A stretch of DNA of 64,000 nt, taken from contig JBJLCA010000036.1 in assembly GCA_045567915.1 (NCBI GenBank), positions 3,410 to 67,409 of the forward strand, read 5' to 3'. A program made the position numbers and the translations under genes. This DNA is from Candidatus Poseidoniales archaeon (lineage in GTDB: Archaea > Thermoplasmatota > Poseidoniia > MGIII > CG-Epi1). The first letter of the stretch is position 1. Every line of letters starts with the position of its first letter. Of this stretch, positions 43,769 to 52,900 are shown in pieces. Under the pieces are notes generated by a model. It did not search any database. It was given only the letters and a program-made list of their open reading frames with translations, and had not been told where the DNA came from.

Positions 43769-44398
43769 ATGCTTAGTAAAACTTTGAAAAATGCTGCTGG
43801 AAAGCTGTTTGATCCTCTTGCCAAAGTACTTGGCAAAATAGGGATTAAGCCAAATCACATCACGATTGCCGGTGTTGTTTTGACTATTTATGCAGCATGG
43901 TTGCTGTATGGTCAGAATATTTATTATGCATTTATAGTAGGAATGATTGCTTCGCTATTTGATGGGGCCGATGGTTTAGTAGCAAGAGCAACAAAGACAA
44001 CTTCGATAAGGGGAGGTTACCTTGATGCAACGTTAGATAGATATGCTGACTGTATTGCTTTTAGTGCATTGATACTTTGCGATTGGATAAACCCCTTGCC
44101 TATTGAATCTTTAGATTTAATTTCTGGACAAATGTGGGCAATGGCTGCCATGATTGGGGCTTTCCAAACATCTTACTGTCGCGCTGCTGCTGAAAGATTG
44201 GGAGTATCTCAAGAAGGAATTGGCTTAATTGAAAGGCCTGAAAGATGGTTTATTTTAGGAATGGGATTGTTAATTGGACAGCTCATGAATGACGTAGAAA
44301 CTATCATTACCATTGTCGTTGCTGCTTTAGCCGTTTTGGGAAATTTGACTGCTTTTCAAAGAATAAATCACTTTTGGAATGAGGCTAAAGATGAATAA
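43769..44398 (+). CDS. CDP-alcohol phosphatidyltransferase (second copy; archaetidylglycerophosphate/inositol-phosphate synthase-like)
   Basis: 'DGADGLVARATKTTSIRGGYLDATLDRYADCIAF' = D-G-x2-A-R...G-x3-D-x3-D. Start placed at Met 43769 (MLSKTLKN...), because the listed start 43724 leaves only 14 nt to divergent purC. Confidence 0.75.
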   Translation: MLSKTLKNAAGKLFDPLAKVLGKIGIKPNHITIAGVVLTIYAAWLLYGQNIYYAFIVGMIASLFDGADGLVARATKTTSIRGGYLDATLDRYADCIAFSALILCDWINPLPIESLDLISGQMWAMAAMIGAFQTSYCRAAAERLGVSQEGIGLIERPERWFILGMGLLIGQLMNDVETIITIVVAALAVLGNLTAFQRINHFWNEAKDE

Positions 44399-44873
44399 TG
44401 GCTTTCTAAAAGAAGCATATCTTTCTTTTTTCTTTCTAGGAAAAGCTCCTATTGCGCCTGGAACCTTTGGAACATTAGGAGGCGTAGGGGTAGCATTCTT
44501 TGCAGTTAGTTTCTTTGGAAATAATGCAGGATATCTATTGCTGGCTCTAATACCTGTTATGTATTATTTTGGACTAATTCTAGCACCCTGGGCTGAGAAG
44601 AAATATGGAAATGACCCTGGAATATATGTACTGGATGAAGTTATTGGATATTTGGTAATTATTGCTTCTTTGAGTTTACTACAATTTCCAATGGATGAGC
44701 ATAATTGGATATTATCTTTTACTTTATTTCGTATTTTTGATGTGTTAAAATTATGGCCTGCTAAAAACTTGGAGAGGCTTCATGGAGGTCATGGCATTTT
44801 ACTAGACGATATAGCTGCAGGATTCCAAACCTTGATTGTGATTCTTTTTATGGAAGTCTATGGAGCCGTTTAA
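44379..44873 (+). CDS. pgpA: Phosphatidylglycerophosphatase A family protein
   Basis: 'FFLGKAPIAPGTFGTLGGV', 'VLDEVIGY', 'FRIFDVLKLWPA', 'LLDDIAAG'. Overlaps the upstream transferase (alternative ATG at 44391). Confidence 0.8.
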   Translation: MRLKMNNGFLKEAYLSFFFLGKAPIAPGTFGTLGGVGVAFFAVSFFGNNAGYLLLALIPVMYYFGLILAPWAEKKYGNDPGIYVLDEVIGYLVIIASLSLLQFPMDEHNWILSFTLFRIFDVLKLWPAKNLERLHGGHGILLDDIAAGFQTLIVILFMEVYGAV

Positions 44874-44890
44874 TTTTTATTCCGCTTTTA
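44874..44890 (+). terminator. T-rich tract (TTTTTATTCCGCTTTTA) immediately after the pgpA stop
   Basis: An oligo-T run right after the stop codon. A closely similar TTTTATTCCG motif follows purL and, on the other strand, the 2,377-aa gene. Confidence 0.3.
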
Positions 44891-44910
44891 ATCTGCAATA
44901 TTAGACTTTT

Positions 44911-45156
44911 ATGACTACTGAAATCGAAATACAAGTTGGACTAAAATCAGGCATGGCTGATCCCGAAGGTGCTAATGTAAAAAAAGCCCTAGATTTATTG
45001 GGATTTGGCAACGTTAAAAAGGTAGATTCTGTTAAATGTTATAGAATTATTATTGATAAAAATGAATCTGACGCAATGAAAGAAGCTGATGAAATCTGTA
45101 AAAAGCTTTTAGCAAATCCAGTGGTTCATGAATATTCTATTTCGGTGGCAAAATAA
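44911..45156 (+). CDS. purS: Phosphoribosylformylglycinamidine synthase subunit PurS
   Basis: 81 aa. 'GLKSGMADPEGANVKKALDLLGF'. Immediately precedes purL. Confidence 0.85.
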   Translation: MTTEIEIQVGLKSGMADPEGANVKKALDLLGFGNVKKVDSVKCYRIIIDKNESDAMKEADEICKKLLANPVVHEYSISVAK

Positions 45157-47451
45157 ATGCTAGAGCCTGTTAAAAATTTAAAAAAAGTGTTTTATGTTGA
45201 CCTAGAAAATTCTAACTTAGATGAAATTGTCAAAGCATTAGGCCTTGGATTACTAACTGATGAAATGGAAAATGTAAAAAAATATTTCCGTAAAGAAGGA
45301 AGGAAGCCTACTGATGTTGAACTGCAGGCCATTGACCAAGCATGGTCAGAACATTGTTGCTATAAATCATCAAAACCAGTTCTAGAAGAAACTGTTTTTG
45401 GCCTGAAATCATCAAAAGAAGTTGTGGCTCGTGAAGATGCCGGGATTATGGAGTTTGATGATGAGCATTACTATGCTGTTGGATTAGAATCTCATAATCA
45501 TCCTTCTGCTTTAGATCCATACGGAGGTTCTGCAACTGGAATCGGAGGAATATTAAGAGATGTTGTATGTATGGGAGCCCAACCAATTGCTCTTGTAGAT
45601 CCTCTATTTTTTGGAGATCTAGATTTACCTCGCAATAAATTACCAGAAGGAATTAAGCATCCGCAATATCTAATGAGTGGTGTTGTAGCTGGAATTAGAG
45701 ATTATGGAAATAGAGTTGGAATTCCTACTGTTGCTGGACAAGTAGCTTTCCATCCCAAATATACTGGAAATCCATTAGTTAATGTAGGTTGCATAGGAAT
45801 AGTAAAAAAAGAATTGATGATTCACAGTCGAGCTGGAGACGTTGGCGACATTTACATTTTAGCTGGTGGAAAGACAGGTAGGGATGGAATTCATGGAGTT
45901 ACTTTTGCATCTAGAGACTTAGATGCTGGATCTGAAGATGATATTGGTGCAGTCCAATTAGGAGACCCAATTACAAAAGAACCATTGATGCATTTGTGCT
46001 TAGAATTGAATGAATTAGGATTGCTAACTGGAATGAAAGATTTAGGCGGTGGCGGTCTTTCTTGTGTTGTAGGTGAGCTTGCCCTCGATGCAGGATTTGG
46101 TGCAAGTGTAGATTTAGAAAAAGTTCATTTAAAACTGAAAAATATGGCACCTTGGGAAATTTGGGTTTCAGAATCGCAGGAAAGAATGATGTTTACTGTT
46201 AAACCTGATAAGGTGCAAACTGTTCTGGACAGATGTGATGCATGGGACGTCGAAGCTGTTGCAATTGGAGAAGTAATTGAAGAAAAACGGAATATTGTAA
46301 GATTTAAGGGTACTGAAATTTTAAACTTAGATTTAGAATTTACAACTGGAGGCCCAGTATACAATCGACCTTACACTCTACCTGAAATAAATAATTTGAA
46401 ACCTGTGGAATTACCTCCTTTACCTACAAATTTATCTCAAACAGTAAAAGATATCATTAGTAATCCTGAAGTTGCTTCAAAAAACTGGGTGATACGACAA
46501 TATGATCACGAAGTTAGAGGCGCTACTGCAATTAAACCGATTCAAGGTAAAATTGGACAAGAGGTCCATGGTGATTCATCTGTCCTAAAACCTGTAGAAA
46601 AATCTTGGAAAGGACTGGCATTGACTGCCGATGTTAACCCTCATTTAATGGAAGCAAATCCATACCATGGCACTATGAGTGCAGTAGAAGAAATATGCCG
46701 TAATTTGGCATCAGTAGGTGCTAGAATTGACTCATTGGCAGATTGCTTATGTTTTGGAAATCCACAGAGGCCGGAAATTATGGGTCAATTCAAATCTAGC
46801 TGCGATGCGCTCAGAGATGCCGCAACTTTTGTTGACGTCCCATATGTTTCAGGTAACGTTAGCCTATACAATGAAACTGCAGAAGGTGCGATACCTCCAA
46901 CACCTGTTCTGATGGGAATTGGTATTGTAAGTGACATTAGAAAATGTGTTACAAGTGATTTGAAAAATAATGGAGATATATGGTTAGTTGGAGATAATAA
47001 GGAACAGATGGGAGCAAGTTTGTATTACCGTACATTAGGCCTCGACTGTCCTAACGTTCCAACTACTGAATTTACTTCATTCATTCCTAGAATGGAACAG
47101 TTAATTGAGGCTATTGAATCTGGAGAAGTAACTGCCTGTCATGATATTTCTACTGGTGGAATAGCGCTCGCAATAATTGAAATGTGCATGAGTGGAGTTG
47201 GAGCAACAATAAACTTAGCTGGAAATATGAGAAAAGATTTAGAATTATTTAATGAATCAAATGGAAGATGGTTAGTTCAAGTTAAACCAGATTGTGAGGA
47301 AAGTTTTTCTAAGAGATTTGATTTTGCGGCAAAAATAGGACATGTAGATAAAGAAATAAAATTTGTATTGAATAACGAAGAAAAGCTTACTTTTTCTATT
47401 GAAGAATTAAGAAAATTGTGGACTGAACCTCTATGGAATAGGTTGGCTTAA
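45157..47451 (+). CDS. purL: Phosphoribosylformylglycinamidine synthase subunit PurL (FGAM synthase II)
   Basis: 'QAWSEHCCYKS', 'ESHNHPSALDPYGGSATGIGGILRD', 'GGGLSCVV', 'ESQERMM'. Confidence 0.9.
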   Translation: MLEPVKNLKKVFYVDLENSNLDEIVKALGLGLLTDEMENVKKYFRKEGRKPTDVELQAIDQAWSEHCCYKSSKPVLEETVFGLKSSKEVVAREDAGIMEFDDEHYYAVGLESHNHPSALDPYGGSATGIGGILRDVVCMGAQPIALVDPLFFGDLDLPRNKLPEGIKHPQYLMSGVVAGIRDYGNRVGIPTVAGQVAFHPKYTGNPLVNVGCIGIVKKELMIHSRAGDVGDIYILAGGKTGRDGIHGVTFASRDLDAGSEDDIGAVQLGDPITKEPLMHLCLELNELGLLTGMKDLGGGGLSCVVGELALDAGFGASVDLEKVHLKLKNMAPWEIWVSESQERMMFTVKPDKVQTVLDRCDAWDVEAVAIGEVIEEKRNIVRFKGTEILNLDLEFTTGGPVYNRPYTLPEINNLKPVELPPLPTNLSQTVKDIISNPEVASKNWVIRQYDHEVRGATAIKPIQGKIGQEVHGDSSVLKPVEKSWKGLALTADVNPHLMEANPYHGTMSAVEEICRNLASVGARIDSLADCLCFGNPQRPEIMGQFKSSCDALRDAATFVDVPYVSGNVSLYNETAEGAIPPTPVLMGIGIVSDIRKCVTSDLKNNGDIWLVGDNKEQMGASLYYRTLGLDCPNVPTTEFTSFIPRMEQLIEAIESGEVTACHDISTGGIALAIIEMCMSGVGATINLAGNMRKDLELFNESNGRWLVQVKPDCEESFSKRFDFAAKIGHVDKEIKFVLNNEEKLTFSIEELRKLWTEPLWNRLA

Positions 47452-47481
47452 GCTTTTATTCCGGCTCTAAGTATTTTAATT

Positions 47482-48930
47482 ATGTCGACCAATGCAACAT
47501 CTGACTATATAGCAGATACTGGCTCAATAGAAGCAATACTTATCTTACTAGTTTTTTTGGTAGCTTTCGCCTTAATTTTAGGTGAAATTGTAGATCGCGT
47601 TTTAGCAGCTTGGGGTGGTGCTGTTGGTATGCTGTTAGTTGGAACTTACTATAATTCTCTTACTTGGTGTACAGGAGGTGGACATGGGGAAGCTGGTGCT
47701 GTATGTCAAAATAATCTATTTGAGGCTATAGATTTCAATGTAATTGGCCTACTATTAGGAATGATGATTTTTGCTGGAATGCTAGAGATAAGTGGTTTCT
47801 TTGAATTTGTGGCAATAAAAGCTACAAAATTATCTGGAGGAGACCCTTGGAAATTGGTATTCTATCTAGGTACTTTTACCACCGTAATTTCCGTCTTTAT
47901 TGATAATGTTACAGCTTTAATTCTAATAGCGCCTGTAACACTAAAAATTTGCTCTAAGATTGAAATTAGTCCTATCCCACCACTAATTGCCCTGGCAATC
48001 TTTTCAAACACTGGAGGTGTAGCAACATTAGTAGGAGATCCTCCAAACGTATTAATTGCATCTTACGCAAGCGCACGAGATTTAGGATTCGGCTTTATGA
48101 GTTTTATTTACCATCTAACTCCTTTAGCTATAATTGCATGGGGGGCCACACTCTGGTACATGCACCGTCACTTCAAGAACTGGAGGGAAATTAAACCTCA
48201 AAATGTAGAAGAAGTAACTAATGAAAATGAATGGGAGGCTGTGAAAAATGAGGTTTTAATGTACCGAACTTTAGGAGCATTGGCTGTAACTGTTGTAATG
48301 TTTGCTGCAGTTGAACTTTTGCATTTAGATTTAGAAATTTCTGCCGTGTCTCTAGGAGGGGCAGGTATCGCTATGGCTATCAGTATGTTAGGAATTCCAG
48401 AAGAAAAACGTATGGATATTCATGAAGTCATTCACAAAGTCGAATGGGGTGCACTATTATTTTTCGCCGGATTATTTGTTATGGTTGGAGGGTTGGAAGC
48501 TATGGGATATCTAGAGGCTATTGCTACTATGATATTTGAGAATTTTGGTCCTGATGGGAATATACACAACGATCCAGTAGTATTGGTAATTGTACTCATT
48601 TGGATTTCAGCAATTGCATCTGCTATTGTTGACAATATTCCTTTTTGTGCAGCTATGTTACCTGTGATTGAAAGAATAGGAAGTTTGAGTGATGGTGCCG
48701 TTGAAATTATTCCTCTATATTGGGCTTTAGCAATTGGCTGCGGCTTTGGAGGAAATGCTACACCTATTGGATCTAGTGCAAACGTTATGACTATTGCAAT
48801 TAGTGAGAGAGGCGGGCACAAGATTTCAACTAAAGAATGGCTAGCCGTTGGTGTTCCAGTAATGATTATAACTTGTACAATTGGGTCAATAGTTGTTGCT
48901 CTATTCTATGACCACTTCTTAACTGCCTAG
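47482..48930 (+). CDS. ArsB/NhaD-superfamily (CitMHS-like) anion/ion permease
   Basis: 482 aa, 11-13 TM. 'IDNVTALILIAPVT', 'GGVATLVGDPPNVLIA', 'VDNIPFCAAMLPV', 'GGNATPIGSSANV'. Two-fold internal symmetry typical of this superfamily. Confidence 0.6.
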   Translation: MSTNATSDYIADTGSIEAILILLVFLVAFALILGEIVDRVLAAWGGAVGMLLVGTYYNSLTWCTGGGHGEAGAVCQNNLFEAIDFNVIGLLLGMMIFAGMLEISGFFEFVAIKATKLSGGDPWKLVFYLGTFTTVISVFIDNVTALILIAPVTLKICSKIEISPIPPLIALAIFSNTGGVATLVGDPPNVLIASYASARDLGFGFMSFIYHLTPLAIIAWGATLWYMHRHFKNWREIKPQNVEEVTNENEWEAVKNEVLMYRTLGALAVTVVMFAAVELLHLDLEISAVSLGGAGIAMAISMLGIPEEKRMDIHEVIHKVEWGALLFFAGLFVMVGGLEAMGYLEAIATMIFENFGPDGNIHNDPVVLVIVLIWISAIASAIVDNIPFCAAMLPVIERIGSLSDGAVEIIPLYWALAIGCGFGGNATPIGSSANVMTIAISERGGHKISTKEWLAVGVPVMIITCTIGSIVVALFYDHFLTA

Positions 48931-49824
48931 CTAATTAGTATTACAATCTGAGCAAACGCCCTTAGAATCCAAATTGTTACTGCATTCTAAGCAAGTTTGC
49001 TTCTCAAAGAATGTGCCTAACCAAGCCGATTGTAATTCCGGTTCATCTGCACTTTTAAGCATTTCAAGTTCATAATCGCCTTTCTTGCTATTTTCATATA
49101 ATTTAGTAATATAATCCATATCAAAATTAATAGATTCTTTTTCAACGATACTTTTCTTAGGAAACAAAGGGGAAAGAAAAACTCCTGCTATGAATGAAGC
49201 CATATGTGTTCCGTGACCTATACCGTCCTGTGTATTCATTCCAACATACAATGTTTCCATTGCCACAAATACAATTGTAGCTAAAATAACTGGGACCCTA
49301 TGAAGAAAAATTGGACCTAGTAGCATAGGTATCTCATCTCTAGGGTATAGAAGAGCAAAACCACCCATTATCCCAAAAACTGCACCCGAGGCACCTATGT
49401 TTAGCGTGTTTAGTCCCTCACTATTAAAAACTGAAACTGATCCTGTAATTAGAGAGCCCAAGATTCCTGAAATAAAGTAAATTAAGAAGAATGAACGTGA
49501 ACCTATTCTTTCCTCAAATGGTACACCCAATAAAATTAGAACCAACATATTCATCAAAATATGCATTGATCCACCGTGCATAAACATGGCCGATACTATC
49601 GAAACAAGTCTAAATTGGGGTTCTGCAAGATATTGTGATTTGAAGCCTAGATCAATAATGGCTTCGATTGCATATTTAGGATACAGCAAGTAGATTATCC
49701 ACCAACTCGCAAATATAGAAAAGTTAATGAATACTAGTGATTGCGAAACCATAAATTGATTTCGTAAACAGTAGTAAGATACCAACAATCCTACTATTAG
49801 CAAGAAAAATGTACCCACTGCCAT
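48931..49824 (-). CDS. Rhomboid-family intramembrane serine protease with C-terminal Cys4 zinc-ribbon-like tail
   Basis: 'MHGGSMHILMNM', catalytic 'GASGAVFGIMGG', 'HGTHMASFIAG'. Tail 'CLECSNNLDSKGVCSDCN'. Confidence 0.8.
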   Translation of the reverse strand: MAVGTFFLLIVGLLVSYYCLRNQFMVSQSLVFINFSIFASWWIIYLLYPKYAIEAIIDLGFKSQYLAEPQFRLVSIVSAMFMHGGSMHILMNMLVLILLGVPFEERIGSRSFFLIYFISGILGSLITGSVSVFNSEGLNTLNIGASGAVFGIMGGFALLYPRDEIPMLLGPIFLHRVPVILATIVFVAMETLYVGMNTQDGIGHGTHMASFIAGVFLSPLFPKKSIVEKESINFDMDYITKLYENSKKGDYELEMLKSADEPELQSAWLGTFFEKQTCLECSNNLDSKGVCSDCNTN

Positions 49825-49884
49825 ATTTCCGATTTAAAACCGGCCAGCATTAAAGCTGACGCTAGGATTTAAAGCGGAAAATAG

Positions 49885-49902
49885 GGGGAAGTAAACTTCC
49901 CC
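49885..49902 (-). terminator. Hairpin plus T-tract 19 nt downstream of the stop of the 2,377-aa gene
   Basis: GGGGAAG (49885-49891) pairs with CTTCCCC (49896-49902), with a 4-nt loop. On the gene strand it is followed by CTATTTTCCGC. Confidence 0.5.
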
Positions 49903-49920
49903 TTTTCCTCATTGACTTAC

Positions 49921-52900
49921 TTATTCTTCTTCTCTTCTAAGAGAAGCACCGGCTGCTGCAATTAATGCTGCTACAGACATTCCAACTATTCCAAGTGCGA
50001 AAGATGGAGTAGATGATTTATCTTTAACAACTGCAATCTGTCCAAATGCATCATTGTCGTCTTTTTGGTTCAAGTATTCATCTTGCTTCTTGTGGCCATT
50101 ATCGACATCAATTTGCTCTGGTTCTGGGTTGATCATTGCATACAGTTCAACATTCGTGAAATCTTGATTTGTTTCACCTGGTATGAATGCTTCTTCCCAA
50201 ACTGCGGTTATTGGATACCATGTCTGATATATTCCTTGAGATTCAAGAACTGGTTTTGGTGCCATAACTGGTTCTGTAGTTGATGCTATTCTAGTCATAC
50301 GCTTGACTCCGTCTGGCGTATTGTATGCATCTCCTGTAGAATCAATTGCGTAGACCACCATTAAGACATCTGAAGCGTAGTTTCCTTCGTTCCATGCCTC
50401 CACAGTTATTGCTAATGAATCTCCTTCAAGAACTCCTGCTCTATCGTAGGACATTTCACCTAGTACAAATTGTGATGGTTTAATGAATAAGGTTGCCGAG
50501 GTTGGCTCTCTCATATCTTCATCACTACCTGTGTCCACTGGGTTCATTTTCACATCAAACTTGCGGTTTCCTGCAGGTTCTGCTTTCTCTGCATCATAGT
50601 TTGGAGCTAAGAATCTTACTGTAATAGTAGCTTCATCATCTGGAGACATTTCTATTCCATATGTGTAAGTTCCATTACCGTCAGATACTGAAGTTAAATC
50701 GTTGTATTCTACTCCATTCACTAAAACTTCTACAGTTATTGTGAATGCAGCTCCCATGTACTCTTTACCTTGTGCGACCAAAGTAGGTGTGAACTGGAAT
50801 TCATTATCTTCTGTACCTATATTCTTAGCGAAATAATCCATTTCTACTGCTAAACTTGGGAATATCTCATAAGTTAGCTTGTTTGGATTATCCTTAGCAA
50901 AGAAGAAACCAGTATCCTGCGTTCTTACAACTTGGACGTTACCAATTTCAGCTGTACCTTCAACACCACGTGCTCTGAAGACAAATGCATAAGAATTATC
51001 TTCTTCCGGACTGTATGCTAAACTGTTGTAACCCAATTTATTAGAATCTAAGTAGATGTAATATGGGTTCCAGTCGCTATTTCCAGTTAAAGAATCTCCG
51101 ACTTCTGAATGATCTGAACCATCCATTATCTTGAATCCATTAGCACCCCAAAGAGCTAGTGTTCCTGCATCATCTATGTCTGAACCTTTCTTTTGTGCAT
51201 AAACTGATATTGCACTATCGTCAGAAATATCGTACTTAGCCCAGAAGAATAAGTATGATTCTGCTGACCAGACATTGATGTAGTTTGTTCTTGCTTGTTC
51301 ATCTGCGCTGTTGTCAGATGTTACTGTAATAGTACCTTCCATCATTGGATGATATTTACAGTTGTAAGTGAACACACCTATCTCATTGAAAGTTTGCTGA
51401 TAAGATGCACCTGGTGCGATATCAAATGAATCGAACTGTGATGCTTTATCTGTTACTGTGTGAGTCATATCGTCTGAATTAGTCCATGTAACTGTTGTTC
51501 CTAGTTGAACTGTAGGCGATTCTGGCACAAATCCTGTACCTTGACCTGCAATATCTATTGCTAATGTTCCTGTTGCGACGCCTGTTTCATCCCAAGCGAC
51601 TCCAAGTGCACCAGTACCAACATCTGTTGGAACTCCTGTGGCTGCACCCCAATTAGCACCGCCAGCTAGCAATGGTGATCCCATGTCTGCACCAAGACCT
51701 ACTAACAGCATATGATTTGCATCATTATTTGCTGAGAATAAATCAGATAACATATCTCCATTAGAATCTGCAACCATTACACCTGCTGTGTACATACCTG
51801 CTGAAGACATACCTGGGAAATCGAAGCTTATTGTTGGAGTTGATTCTCCTGCAAATGTATCTCCATTCTCATCATAGTATGCCATATTCAAGGTACCTAG
51901 TGAACTGGACTTAGACCATAGCTCATTGCCACTCATATCGTTAACATATGCGTATGCAAAAGCTTCTGTCATAGCTCCACCTGCACCAAGATTACCTTTA
52001 CCTTGATTTACAAAGGAAGTAGTGATCGTACTTGACTCACCCACTTCTAATGTGTAAGGTACCGATGAGCTGGTTTGCTTTAAATCAAAACCAAGACCGT
52101 AGATACCTACGTTGTCAATACTCCAAGTACTTCCCCAGTTAGGGAAAGCTCCACCGTATCTGAATCTTAGTCTTACATTATCGAAACCTTCACCTGTGTA
52201 ATCATTCAAACTACATTGTGACTCTACCATAGAGTTACCTGCTGAAGAAGATGCAACGAATGCTTGCTGACCTCTCAACGGATTACCGTAGTATGCATAG
52301 TTGTAAACTGCTCCGCCATATCCTTGACCAGATGTAACTGGTAGTGATGACCAAGTGCTTCCACCGTTTGTACTGATTTCTACTCTACCACCATCATAGT
52401 AATAGTTGTAATTACCGATACTTGCATAGAACGAGAATACGTGATCAAACACTAATTTCGCTGAAGTAGCTTGTGAAAGATCTATTACTGGTGACATTAG
52501 GCTTACATCATCACCATTGTATGATGTACCATATGCATCAGGCCCAACCCACCAAACTGGTGAATCTGGGGAATTTGATGTTGCATCTGTTCTCCATTGG
52601 TGTCCATCCTTAGGACCGCCATCTTTAGCTGATGTCCAATCATCTTCATAATACATTCTATTCAAATCATCATTCTTGTTAGAAGTTGCTTCTGCATCTG
52701 CGGTCGTTCCAGCTACGGTAAACATAGTTTCACGTGTTGCTGCTGCAGTATTATCTCCTGCGAAATCATCTCCGGCTGACGGATCTGATCCTATCCATGC
52801 AGTGAATTCAATTTTGTATTCACCAGGAACTTGGAAGTGATAATCTTTTGAATATTCAAACTTTTCACCACTTACAAATGGTCCTGCTGCTCCAGAAATT

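Noticed and set aside
48432-48821. 129-aa minus-strand ORF
   Set aside because: Antisense to the permease gene, whose TM and repeat motifs are clear. A shadow ORF of a codon-biased membrane gene.
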